A stretch of 64,000 bases of DNA from an uncultured Candidatus Bathyarchaeia archaeon (GTDB lineage Archaea > Thermoproteota > Bathyarchaeia > 40CM-2-53-6), in the NCBI GenBank assembly GCA_964601325.1, contig CAZRNA010000002.1, forward strand, positions 1,454-65,453. The letters run 5' to 3'. A model generated the notes under the pieces. It was not told the origin of the DNA and did no database searches. It was given only the letters and a program-made list of their open reading frames with translations. Below are positions 47,352-56,610 of this stretch, piece after piece (within the stretch, counting starts at the first letter, position 1; each line of letters starts with the position of its first letter). The position numbers were made by a program, and so were the translations under genes.

Positions 47352-47944
47352 TCATCCGGAATGAAGCAAAACCTGACTGTATCTTCCCATTGCAAATAGG
47401 GCGCGGTCTAGTCTACGAAATGGCGGATATTCTGTAGAGTTTCTAGTCTTGCTCGGCACCTGGGCGACCCAGTGATTGAAGTCGGTTCGGTAGGATTCGT
47501 ACTCACTTTCATCTTGGATCAGTCTGCTTGCCTGATCAACCTCATCCCCACGACCAGAGATCAGAAGATACGCCTTGAGCACGTACTGATCCCATACCGG
47601 ATACTTGCGCGGGCTTATGATGTGACATATGAAGAAGCGCTTGACCAGTCCCCTTTCGAAAAAGCCTTCCCAAATTCGGTAACGGAAGGCGCTTCTTTGA
47701 ATCTCAACTTGTTCAGTTGAGGTAGTCGCTTGATGACTGGGCGAGGATCCCAGCTGGGGACCGGTCTGTATTTCCACCCAAACAGATACCTGACGTCGTC
47801 GGCGGTGAGTTTTCCACCCTTCCACTTCAAATGCCGCAGAAACTCAGAGTCCGGATGTTGCTTGCTATCTTCGTAGAACTGCTCCCAATATTCCACAAAA
47901 TCGCTCGAGGAATTGCACGTGGTCCTTGAGAGTTTAGTGAACAT
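47352..47944 (-). pseudogene. hypothetical gene split into two overlapping frames (probable frameshift)
   Basis: Track ORFs 47615..47944 and 47352..47825 are co-directional, overlap by ~210 nt in different frames, and both read as ordinary protein. This is consistent with one ~200-aa gene carrying a frameshift. Function unknown. Confidence 0.35.
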
Positions 47945-48051
47945 AGATCACAGCCTCGCCGTGTGTTCTGTCAATTACCCCTAGCGCCGGGCTCTCTTGA
48001 CTAATCTCGCTTTCCTGTTCCTCGACAGGCACTCTCAGCTTGAGTGCAGTT

Positions 48052-48573
48052 TCAGTATACGTCGTAGACTGTGATCTCCCAGTATACGAGAAACGTTGGA
48101 TTGGAAGAGAAGTTGGGAGCTTCCAGAAAAATCTCGATCTCCAATCCCAGTGGAACCTTTCCCAGCATGCCGCTTGGCACGCCTCGCAGGGAAGTGTAGA
48201 GTGTCTTGCTGTATTCGTGATGGAAGTCCCATTGCGTACGGTTCATCACCTTCTCAGGATACAAGCCGAAAATGCGTACTTCGCTACTCTGACCCTCTCG
48301 AGACGAACGAACATAGTAACCGGTGATCCGGGCTACCTCGATTGTGGCCGCGATCTGCTGGTTCGCGCGCAATGTGAGCACAATCTTCAGTTGGCCTTCC
48401 TTTGGGACGAACCGCTCCGAATGGACGTAGTTGACAGGTTTTGCCTCCGTCAATGTTCCACTCACTGTGAGGAGATGCACCTCATTGTAGGCGGGCACCC
48501 ACGCCACCAGTAGGATGGGAATCAGTATGACGATAAGAATTAGAATTGCAGTCATTCGCGTGGACCGCGTCAC
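48052..48573 (-). CDS. hypothetical membrane-anchored extracellular protein
   Basis: N-terminal TM/signal anchor (AILILIVILIPILLVAWV) followed by a ~140-aa beta-rich domain. Confidence 0.35.
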   Translation of the reverse strand: MTRSTRMTAILILIVILIPILLVAWVPAYNEVHLLTVSGTLTEAKPVNYVHSERFVPKEGQLKIVLTLRANQQIAATIEVARITGYYVRSSREGQSSEVRIFGLYPEKVMNRTQWDFHHEYSKTLYTSLRGVPSGMLGKVPLGLEIEIFLEAPNFSSNPTFLVYWEITVYDVY

Positions 48574-48718
48574 ACTCAGGACTCCTTTGGTGTGAGAAGA
48601 TGCGACGCGCTCATTCGTAATAAAATGGTCGCCACATGGCGAAATACTTCGGTTCTAATCCATATGAGGGGTGGAACGCCGGCGATCGGATGATTGCTCG
48701 CCGCATGGCTAGGAGTGA

Positions 48719-49045
48719 TCAGCCCATCTGGTAGAAGAAGGCTAGGTAGAGGATGGGCAGGAAAATCATGACGCCCACCAAGATTGAGATAAGATTGACT
48801 GTCAAGCCTTCTTTCATCTTCCATCTGAGAAGGATGAATCTTAACCTGATAGCGAAGTGGATAGTGAACAGTGCCATCGCGGGAATCGCCAAATCCAAGT
48901 GAGCAAAGAGTCCCCAAGACCGGTCGATGAAGCCTTTCGTAAGCATGTAACCACTTAGGGTCATCAGAAGGAACAGCCCCCAAAGCGACCAAGCTACGAT
49001 ACGGTCGAACATTGTCAGAGCGACTCTGCGATCCAATGGAACCAC
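48719..49045 (-). CDS. small polytopic membrane protein (possible partner of the adjacent Mo-oxidoreductase)
   Basis: 108 aa with 3 TM helices, directly downstream of the MsrP/YedY-like gene on the same strand. Confidence 0.35.
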   Translation of the reverse strand: MVPLDRRVALTMFDRIVAWSLWGLFLLMTLSGYMLTKGFIDRSWGLFAHLDLAIPAMALFTIHFAIRLRFILLRWKMKEGLTVNLISILVGVMIFLPILYLAFFYQMG

Positions 49046-49080
49046 TCCGCTAGCTTGACTTGTTCAATTCGACTCTGAAG

Positions 49081-49809
49081 CTATCCGTACCTGTCGTTTG
49101 TCGCCGGATCAGCGGTGTTACTGTAACCATTGCTCTCCCAGAAACCAAACTCCTGCGTTTCAGTGAATCTTAGCTGCTTAACCCACTTCGCACTCTTGTA
49201 TCCGTACTTCCCCGGAACCACAAGTCGAAGAGGGCCCCCGTGTTCGGGCACTAGTGGTTTTCCGTCAAGCCCGTAGGCGAACAAGACATCATCGTGCATG
49301 AGGTAGTCGAGTGGGAGCGAAGTTGTGTAGAGGGGTGTTCCGTAGCATGCGATCGTTGCATACTTCGCTTTGGCGGTTGGACGGGCCAGTTTTGCGATCT
49401 CTCCAAATCGGACGCCTTCCCACCTGTTGTCGAGTCTTGTCCAACCTGTCACGCAATCGAATTCGGAAACGCTGATTGTCTTGGGTAATTGCATGAACTG
49501 ATTCCAATCTATTTTGAATGGATTCTCAACTTCGCCGTTCACCTCGAACGCCCACGTGTCGAGGCTGACCTCAGGGACTCCGTCCACTTGGAGAACCTCT
49601 AGGGATTGAACCTCGGACTGCCCCGGCGGCAAACTAACAGCGCCGGATACCTGCACCGGCCTGCGGAGTAGGAAGTATGCTGACACGCCTCCGAGACCCG
49701 CGAGTACAGCCGATACTAAACCGTATCTGATGAATCTCCTTCTATTGATCGGCTTCATGAAGACCCGCCTTCCGAGAATGAAGTTGCAAACGGGAACTAC
49801 GCGTCTCAT
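49081..49809 (-). CDS. sulfite-oxidase-family molybdopterin oxidoreductase (MsrP/YedY-like) with Tat signal
   Basis: Twin-arginine motif (RRRFIRYG) plus the Oxidored_molyb core (EFDCVTGWTRLDNRWEGVRFGEI, GPLRLVVPGKYGYKSAKWV). Confidence 0.7.
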   Translation of the reverse strand: MRRVVPVCNFILGRRVFMKPINRRRFIRYGLVSAVLAGLGGVSAYFLLRRPVQVSGAVSLPPGQSEVQSLEVLQVDGVPEVSLDTWAFEVNGEVENPFKIDWNQFMQLPKTISVSEFDCVTGWTRLDNRWEGVRFGEIAKLARPTAKAKYATIACYGTPLYTTSLPLDYLMHDDVLFAYGLDGKPLVPEHGGPLRLVVPGKYGYKSAKWVKQLRFTETQEFGFWESNGYSNTADPATNDRYG

Positions 49810-50199
49810 CCCGAGCCGGCCATAAGGACGTTCAGGCTTCCAACACTAATGCTAGCGCGCTCTTGACTTTCAACAAATGAAGATTTGCGAGCACATATCT
49901 TCAGCAACGACTAGCCGAAGTGTCGTGCCACAAGAAACGGATTCACCCAGGCTCGCCCACGCCAGTCCGGACTCGGTGACGCATGTGCGGCTTCCATGTG
50001 GCGAAAGTCGAGCTAGAAACCGACATAATTGGGAAGTCTGGAACCAGTCACAATGCTCAGAACCCATCGTGACACGCCTAGAAGCACTTACTCGCGAATC
50101 CCCCGCACATTTGATCTAGGATCGCATGCACAGTCTCGCGTGGTCTTCACGAAAGTTCAACTCCGAGTGAAGTATGCTCTCAGTCTAGATATTCGCAAG

Positions 50200-50751
50200 T
50201 CAAGCTTTGAAGCTCTGAGGATCGAAGCGGTTGCCATATTTCCCAAGAAAGACAAGCTCGCTCAACGGTTTACGGTTCTTCCGACCAACGATCTTCTTGA
50301 CCGGATATCCGAAGCCCGAGATGATACTGGGATTCATCTCTCTCGGTATGTTGAAGTCTCGACGAATGGACTCATCATTTACTCCCGTGTAAACGCGTGA
50401 CGCAACTCCGAAGTTCCATGCGGCAAGCTGCATGTCCTGAACCACTCTGCCTGCGTCGATAAGGTGAAACGGATACTTCGGATTGGTCAACACTACCACG
50501 GCAAAGTTCGAGTGCTCAACCCAAGATCCTGTGGTGCTGTCTTCAGCCAACCGTTTGAGTTGATCTGGCCCCTGCACCAGAATGAACCGCCAATGCTGAG
50601 CGTTCATTCCACTCGCGGTAAGTCTCGCTGCCTCGAGGATCTTCAGCTTCACGTCGGCAGGCACATTCTTTGAACTGAACTCTCGGATCTCCAGTTTAGT
50701 TGTGATGCACGTGTAGGCATCCATAAGAGTCGCACCTGACCGATTCAACAA
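50200..50751 (-). CDS. nitroreductase-family (FMN-dependent) oxidoreductase
   Basis: 183 aa with the nitroreductase fold pattern (IREFSSKNVPADVKLKILEAARLTASGMNAQHWRFILV...). Confidence 0.65.
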   Translation of the reverse strand: MLNRSGATLMDAYTCITTKLEIREFSSKNVPADVKLKILEAARLTASGMNAQHWRFILVQGPDQLKRLAEDSTTGSWVEHSNFAVVVLTNPKYPFHLIDAGRVVQDMQLAAWNFGVASRVYTGVNDESIRRDFNIPREMNPSIISGFGYPVKKIVGRKNRKPLSELVFLGKYGNRFDPQSFKA

Positions 50752-50793
50752 TGGATCGCGGCATTGTATTCTCTCTTGCGGCTGACAACGCCA

Positions 50794-51723
50794 CTAGACG
50801 GGAGAGGCGTTGTCCCAGACCCTTTCGAAGAGATTCTCGTACAGTTCAACCAGTAGCTCGTTCGTTGTCCAAGCGGCCTTGTCTGTACCATTTCTGACGT
50901 CGAAGTCGTTCGGACAGTTCTCGATAACGACAAGTTCTCGCCCGTCAATACATACGAAATTCGCAGCAAGCGGTTTTGTGGTCTTTCTGATTTTGACGAT
51001 GGCGGCCATTTCTCGAACAACCATATGGCTATCCTTGCTGGCTTGCCCCAGGACACGCACAGCTGCACCACGTTTCGCCGCGTTTTCCAAATGTTCGGAG
51101 TGAGCCTTGTAAGCTCTGACTAGGCCTGCGGGCGTCGCATAGTAGCTTATCGATTTGGTTGCGCGTTCCAGCATCCGGGCGACTCCGTTGTAGATGTGCT
51201 CGCGTCCGTGGATGTGCCACAGTTCATTTGCCTCTCTGGGGAGTTCAGATCCGCGGTTGCCGTGTTTGGTGAGCTCATGTTCCTGTGCAAGTTTCCGCAC
51301 AGTCTCTTGAGTGAGCGCTGCTTGGTTCACTAATTCGTCCGCTTTCGTTTTCAAGATTGCCATGGGCGACGCGGCCCTGAAGGTTGCAGGGTTGCTGGGA
51401 ATAATGTGGACCAGCTCCTTCCTTTGGAGGTGACGCAACGCTCCGTATACTTTGGGGCGAGGCACGTGTCCGAGGAAACTAACTTCACTTGCCTTGAGCG
51501 GCCCATTCTTGATCAGCGCAAGATACGCCTTCGCTTCATAGAGTGTCAAATGTAGCAGCTGCAGCGCTCCAATTTCCTCGTCGTGAATACGGGCCGGCAC
51601 GAGAGGCATCGAAGCAAGGCCCAGATCTGCATAGAACGAGGATTCGTGATCTGCACGCGCAGGCCTAAAGCCGGGCCTTTGCTGCTGAATTGGAGGTGCT
51701 CCGATCATGGAGGTGCTCGCCAA
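50794..51723 (-). CDS. TrmB-family transcriptional regulator
   Basis: 309 aa with an N-terminal TrmB wHTH (LGLTLYEAKAYLALIKNGPLKASEVSFLGHVPRPKVYGALRHLQRKELV) and a TrmB_C-like sugar-binding domain. Confidence 0.6.
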   Translation of the reverse strand: MASTSMIGAPPIQQQRPGFRPARADHESSFYADLGLASMPLVPARIHDEEIGALQLLHLTLYEAKAYLALIKNGPLKASEVSFLGHVPRPKVYGALRHLQRKELVHIIPSNPATFRAASPMAILKTKADELVNQAALTQETVRKLAQEHELTKHGNRGSELPREANELWHIHGREHIYNGVARMLERATKSISYYATPAGLVRAYKAHSEHLENAAKRGAAVRVLGQASKDSHMVVREMAAIVKIRKTTKPLAANFVCIDGRELVVIENCPNDFDVRNGTDKAAWTTNELLVELYENLFERVWDNASPV

Positions 51724-52012
51724 AGTGGGTTAGTCTCGGCAGAGAGCGTGTTCACGCGCAAAGATTCTGCTGTGATTGATTGCTTCTGAACAATCGGGTA
51801 TCGCTACGGCTGCGGCGACCGCTGGTGACGTTGTTCACGCTGCTTTGCCTATTTCAGCTGGCATGAAAGTGAGTATATTAGCGTTCCTCCAATGATACAT
51901 GGATGTGCCATGGATTTGGATGGTCCCGCCCCTCCATGCGGAACGCTCACCCCACGCTACTACAGGCGCAGGTCTCGCTCGCCGCTTTAATAGCTCACAG
52001 TAGAACACGCCA

Positions 52013-53116
52013 TTGAGCGCTGGATCTTCGGTGCTACGGATAATATTCCATGTGGACATGGACGCCTTTTATGCGTCCGCGGAGAGACGCCAGAATCCAG
52101 CGCTAGCTGGTCTCCCAATAATCGTTGGGGCAGATCCAAAGGAAGGAAAAGGCCGCGGCGTCGTCGCGGGCTGTTCATATGAGGCAAGGAAATTCGGAGT
52201 TCACTCCGCTCAACCGATATCGCGAGCCTATCGCCTCTGCCCACAAGCCGTGTATCTTAGGCCGAACTTCGCGCTCTACGAGGAAATCTCTTCACGAATA
52301 ATGGACATATTTCGGAGCTACTCCGAGAAACTCGAACCAATGAGCTTGGACGAAGCATTCCTAGACTTGTCCGACAAGGCAGCCGATTTCGCTGAGGCTA
52401 CACAGATCGCTAGGGGGATCAAAGAGGATGTCAAGGCTCGAGAGGGGCTGACATGCTCGGTTGGCGTTGCGCCAAACAAGGCGATCGCAAAGATCGCCTC
52501 CGACTTCCAGAAACCTGATGGGCTAACAACGGTCACTCCTGACCAAGCACAAGCGTTCCTGCGGCCTCTCCCAGTTTCACGAATTAGCGGGGTTGGAAAG
52601 AAGACCACCGAAATCCTAGAGAGAGTTGGCATCAAGACCATTGGAGACCTAGCCAGCTATCCTGCCGGCCGTATCGTCGAACTGTTCGGTAAGTGGGGGA
52701 TCGCGCTGTGGCAGATCGCGAACGGAATCGACGAGGCACCGGTCGTGACCTCATACGACATCAAGTCGATCAGTACAGAGTTCACGTTCGAGCAAGACAT
52801 CGAAGACAGAAAGATCGTCATCGAGACGCTCGACAGACAGGCCAAGGAGGTTCATGCGCGAGCGATACAGGACGGGTTCCTTTGGAGGACGATCGGGCTC
52901 AAGCTCAGATTTGAGGACTTCACAACATTCACCCGAGCCAAAAGCAGGAGCGACTACACGAACCGCCTCGATGTAGTGCAGAGTTCGGTGCGGTCTCTCT
53001 TCAATGAGTTTGAGAAAGATCCTAGGAAGATCCGTCTTGTGGGCGTTAGGCTCTCGAACCTGAGACGGACTGATCTTTCTCAGGAAACGCTGCTCGCGTG
53101 GTCTGAGCGTAAGTGA
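52013..53116 (+). CDS. dinB: DNA polymerase IV (Y-family, Dpo4/DinB)
   Basis: Begins with (I)FHVDMDAFYASAE (the catalytic Asp motif) and continues with LPIIVG, SLDEAFLD, and HhH/little-finger regions. 367 aa. Confidence 0.85.
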   Translation: MSAGSSVLRIIFHVDMDAFYASAERRQNPALAGLPIIVGADPKEGKGRGVVAGCSYEARKFGVHSAQPISRAYRLCPQAVYLRPNFALYEEISSRIMDIFRSYSEKLEPMSLDEAFLDLSDKAADFAEATQIARGIKEDVKAREGLTCSVGVAPNKAIAKIASDFQKPDGLTTVTPDQAQAFLRPLPVSRISGVGKKTTEILERVGIKTIGDLASYPAGRIVELFGKWGIALWQIANGIDEAPVVTSYDIKSISTEFTFEQDIEDRKIVIETLDRQAKEVHARAIQDGFLWRTIGLKLRFEDFTTFTRAKSRSDYTNRLDVVQSSVRSLFNEFEKDPRKIRLVGVRLSNLRRTDLSQETLLAWSERK

Positions 53117-53129
53117 GACGGGGACGTTT

Positions 53130-53453
53130 CTATCGGCGCATGGGATAGCAGATCAACGGTGCAGGAGCTTCACCGAGCAATCTTGAATCGTTAAACAGGT
53201 CCATGAGGCGTTGGACCGGTGTACTTTCCTTATTCAAGCTGTAGACGGAGATCGGCCCGTACATTTTTGCCTGAACCAATTCGGCTTCAACAAGTTTTCG
53301 CAAATGCGGCCTAATCACTTTCCTTTCTAAACCGCTGAATTTCGCGATCTTGTACACAGACAGGGAGTCACTGAGATGCTTTGCCAAAGCAAGAAGGATC
53401 CTGAGTCTGGATTCATTACCTATGATTGTGAGAATGGGAGGTCTCGGCGGCAT
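53130..53453 (-). CDS. ArsR/winged-helix family transcriptional regulator
   Basis: 107 aa with the wHTH pattern (ESRLRILLALAKHL.DSLSVYKIAKFSGLERKVIRPHLRKLVEAELV). Confidence 0.5.
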   Translation of the reverse strand: MPPRPPILTIIGNESRLRILLALAKHLSDSLSVYKIAKFSGLERKVIRPHLRKLVEAELVQAKMYGPISVYSLNKESTPVQRLMDLFNDSRLLGEAPAPLICYPMRR

Positions 53454-53524
53454 CGGCCATCAGAGCATGATATGAAGTAGTAGGGAGAAGATAAGCGGGA
53501 GAGCAAAGTGAAAGTACAAACTCC

Positions 53525-53986
53525 ATGCGACCTCTCGGAAAGAATATCTCCAAGCGACCACCGATTCTCCGCGGAAGACTGCCAAACTTGCCATGCGTCT
53601 TTTGTGACATCATAGCCCGAAAAGCACCTGCACACATCGTGTATGAGGACGATGACCTCATTGCTTTCCTAGATAACCATCCGATCACGGATGGGCACAC
53701 GTTGCTTGTGACGAAACGCCACTACGAACGATTTGGCGAGATTCCTCAAGACATAGTTGCGAAACTGTTCATGAAGGCGCAGGAACTCAACGAGACGGTG
53801 ATGAAGAAGATGGCAGCGCATGGAGCGAACATCTCAATCAACGACGGAAAAGCCGCTCACCAGCTTGTCCCTCATATCCATGTTCACATAATCCCGCGGA
53901 GAGCAAACGACGGAGTCACATTCTCAGCGCGTAGACGACTTTCCGAAGAGCAGATGGAGCATATCAGGACGCTGATCGGAACCTAG
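53525..53986 (+). CDS. HIT-family (histidine triad) hydrolase
   Basis: CVFCDIIA...DDLIAFLD..P...GHTLLVTKRH plus the histidine triad HIHVHIIPR. Confidence 0.8.
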   Translation: MRPLGKNISKRPPILRGRLPNLPCVFCDIIARKAPAHIVYEDDDLIAFLDNHPITDGHTLLVTKRHYERFGEIPQDIVAKLFMKAQELNETVMKKMAAHGANISINDGKAAHQLVPHIHVHIIPRRANDGVTFSARRRLSEEQMEHIRTLIGT

Positions 53987-54003
53987 TCGCCTCAGTCCGC
54001 TCT

Positions 54004-54540
54004 CTAGATCAGTATCTTGGGAATTCTGTTTCTGAGTCCTCGAGCTAGCGGAATAGCTATGATGGCCCCTGAGAGAACCTGAACGGCATTACTGGGCACT
54101 TCAATAAGCGCGGCTGGAACACCGAACCCCATCACGTACGATTCCACCAGAAAGTAGCCCGTAACCATTGCGACTGCGCCTACGAACCATCCGAGGAGAT
54201 CGCGGCGTGTGCTCTTTCCATCTCTGATCGCGCCTGCGAGAAAGCCTTCCAGTCCCTTGATGATCAGCGTGTACGGCGAAAAGTACGCGTACCCGGTGAT
54301 GATGTCTGCTATGGCTGACCCTATGCCGCCCGCTAGACCTCCGACGAACCTGCCGAACAAGAGAGCGCTGGTGAAAACCAAGATCTCGCCAAAGTTCAGG
54401 TAGCCTCTCGTCGGTGGAATCGGGATCTGAATCAGCATTGTCGCAACGGTAGTCGTTGCGGCCAGACCAGCAGTAAGGGCGAGCTTAGCTGCGAGTCGCG
54501 ACTGAGCCAAGACGCCATCACGAGACCGGCTACGGCCCGG
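54004..54540 (-). CDS. ECF-transporter S-component-like membrane protein
   Basis: The C-terminal ~175 aa are a 5-6 TM S-component-like domain. The N-terminal part of the track ORF (to 54699) overlaps the methyltransferase gene, so the true start is probably internal. Confidence 0.45.
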   Translation of the reverse strand, partial: PGRSRSRDGVLAQSRLAAKLALTAGLAATTTVATMLIQIPIPPTRGYLNFGEILVFTSALLFGRFVGGLAGGIGSAIADIITGYAYFSPYTLIIKGLEGFLAGAIRDGKSTRRDLLGWFVGAVAMVTGYFLVESYVMGFGVPAALIEVPSNAVQVLSGAIIAIPLARGLRNRIPKILI

Positions 54541-54554
54541 AGAGATATAAGCGC

Positions 54555-55283
54555 TTACAGCCTCGCCATAGGCTTCGGTTTCGATCCGCTCGCGACGAAG
54601 ATCCCAATCTCGGCCTTTCTCCCATGCAGGGATATCCCACAGCACTTTGTTTTTGCCAGCTCCACCTTCACACTTTCCAATCCAGCATCCTGAAACCACT
54701 TCTTTACTTTCGCTAGATCAAATCCAAGCCACCTGTCCGCCATCTCTTCCCGCAACCACCGCTCGTCATGCTTCTCCAGATCCGCAACCGCGACCTTGCC
54801 CCCTTCCTTCAGGATACGTGTCATCTCCAAGACCGCTTGCTTCGGTTTCGCGCAATGATGGAGAATCATGTTGCCTACAACTGCGTCAGCGAAATCGTCC
54901 TGTACCGGGATATTTTCCGCGTCCCCGACACGAAATTCGACGGATCCATGCAATGCGAGATTGCCCAGGTTGCCCTCAGCCTTCTCCAGCATTGAAGGAG
55001 ATAGATCCACACCGACGACTCTTCCTTTCCCTTGCGTGTTCATTATAGCCTGTCTGGTCAAGAAACCGGTTCCGCAACCCACATCGACTACAGTGCTCCC
55101 AGGCTTGACATCTGAAGCTTTCAGTATCGAGTCAGCCACCGTCTCATCAAAGAAGTCTTCACGCATTCTGTCCCAACGACTCGCCACGGCCGCGAAGTAC
55201 TTCCTAGCTCTTGCTCTCACTCTGACGGATCCATGGGTCCTCCGTCTCCGACCCTGTCGGCTCTTCCGCATTCTGACCGACAC
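54555..55283 (-). CDS. class I SAM-dependent methyltransferase (UbiE/COQ5-like)
   Basis: SAM-binding motif I (VVDVGCGTGFLT) and motif post-I (VGVDLS). The Arg-rich first ~30 residues of the track ORF probably read non-coding IS sequence, so the true start is likely further downstream. Confidence 0.7.
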   Translation of the reverse strand: MSVRMRKSRQGRRRRTHGSVRVRARARKYFAAVASRWDRMREDFFDETVADSILKASDVKPGSTVVDVGCGTGFLTRQAIMNTQGKGRVVGVDLSPSMLEKAEGNLGNLALHGSVEFRVGDAENIPVQDDFADAVVGNMILHHCAKPKQAVLEMTRILKEGGKVAVADLEKHDERWLREEMADRWLGFDLAKVKKWFQDAGLESVKVELAKTKCCGISLHGRKAEIGIFVASGSKPKPMARL

Positions 55284-56600
55284 CCTTTGACCCTCTAACC
55301 AAGCAACGTTGACTATCTAAAGAGTCAGGCTGGCCGAATATTGTTGAGCTGTTCGATATTCGGTCTTCTCCCGTTCGTCCACGCGGCCATAGCTGTACTG
55401 CTCATCTGGCGGCGTGAGCCTCATCAGGGAGCCTTCGGCGGAGCCTATGACTCGCCACATTCTATGTTTCGAGCGGGCTAGAATATTCCGTGCGGCATTC
55501 ACATGCCTGTCTAGGCCGCAGTTCTGACAGAACCAGTCGAAGCGGTCGATGATGCCACCGCAACGGGAACAGATGCGGCTCGTATTCCATGGGTTGACGT
55601 ATTCGACTGATGACCCATTCAGCTTGGCTTTGTACTCGATGAGCGCTTGGAGCCGCGCGAAGTTCCACGAGTTCAGTCGCCGCTTCATTCTTCGACCGCG
55701 TATCCTTCCACGTTGTCTGATACCGTTCAGGTTCTCAAAGACGATGTGACAGCCCGCGGTTTCAAGAGCGATTTGTTTAGAGATCTTATGCATTGTGTCG
55801 TGGACGCGGTTGTGTTCTCGCATGGTTAGCTGCGTCAGAAGGCGCTGTTGCAGGCGAGGTTTATGGTTGACGCGACGCTGGATGTGTTCACGTTTGCGGT
55901 AGTAGGTGTCGTGCAGCCGCTTCAACTCACCCGTATCGACTTGCAGCAGCTTGCCGGACGCGGTCATGCCAGCCAGGTTCGTCTCATTCACATCGAACGC
56001 GACCGCGTCTTTCACAGACAAAATCGGCGTAGCCGCTTTCTCGAACGGCACGATAACGAGAGAGGGCGTCAGGGTTGCTTCGTGGACTGTGTATTCGCCT
56101 CGCCGCCACGCGTCGATGAAACGTTGCTGGTAGTCCGTGACTTTCAAGTGCAAGGTGAGCTGTTGACCCTTCCCTACGTTGACTATCAGTGTGTCTCCGG
56201 TGAATCTGCTGTTGAGTTTGCTGAATCTGAGCACCAGCCGCTTCGCCTCCTGCGCGTGATGTTTACGCAACTGCAATGCAACACGATAGGCGCGCGCGAT
56301 TATGGCGGCATTGTAGCCGGGGTAGCGTGCCCTGAGGCGCATGTACAGTGCACGGTGCGCCTGCTTCAATGTTCGAATCTGGTTCTTGCGGATGGTTCGC
56401 AGGCAAAGGTTCGTCATAGCGCGGAAGTCATCGAGGAGCTCAGCGGACTCTCCCTCGTTCATATGGCAGAAACGAACACTCTGCACTTGGAACCCGCTCA
56501 AACAATCAGATGACTACTCCACGTTTAAGGAAGAGACTCAACCAACAGTATTTTCGGCCGGCCTAAAGAGTGATTAGCTCACAGTTATCACTCTGCCATG
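55200..56600 (-). mobile_element. IS605/IS1341-type insertion element (solo tnpB); boundaries approximate
   Basis: The tnpB body lies between the methyltransferase and glyA. A 7-bp perfect inverted repeat (GAGTGAT...ATCACTC) at ~56566..56598 could be the left-end subterminal hairpin. The right end and omega-RNA region are expected within ~55200..55316. Confidence 0.45.
55317..56501 (-). CDS. tnpB: IS200/IS605-family TnpB (RNA-guided endonuclease, OrfB)
   Basis: 394 aa with the OrfB_IS605 N-terminal region, a RuvC-like core and a C-terminal zinc finger (CSRCGG....CQNCG). No tnpA is adjacent. Confidence 0.85.
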   Translation of the reverse strand: MSGFQVQSVRFCHMNEGESAELLDDFRAMTNLCLRTIRKNQIRTLKQAHRALYMRLRARYPGYNAAIIARAYRVALQLRKHHAQEAKRLVLRFSKLNSRFTGDTLIVNVGKGQQLTLHLKVTDYQQRFIDAWRRGEYTVHEATLTPSLVIVPFEKAATPILSVKDAVAFDVNETNLAGMTASGKLLQVDTGELKRLHDTYYRKREHIQRRVNHKPRLQQRLLTQLTMREHNRVHDTMHKISKQIALETAGCHIVFENLNGIRQRGRIRGRRMKRRLNSWNFARLQALIEYKAKLNGSSVEYVNPWNTSRICSRCGGIIDRFDWFCQNCGLDRHVNAARNILARSKHRMWRVIGSAEGSLMRLTPPDEQYSYGRVDEREKTEYRTAQQYSASLTL

Positions 56601-56610
56601 AGGGGAATGA

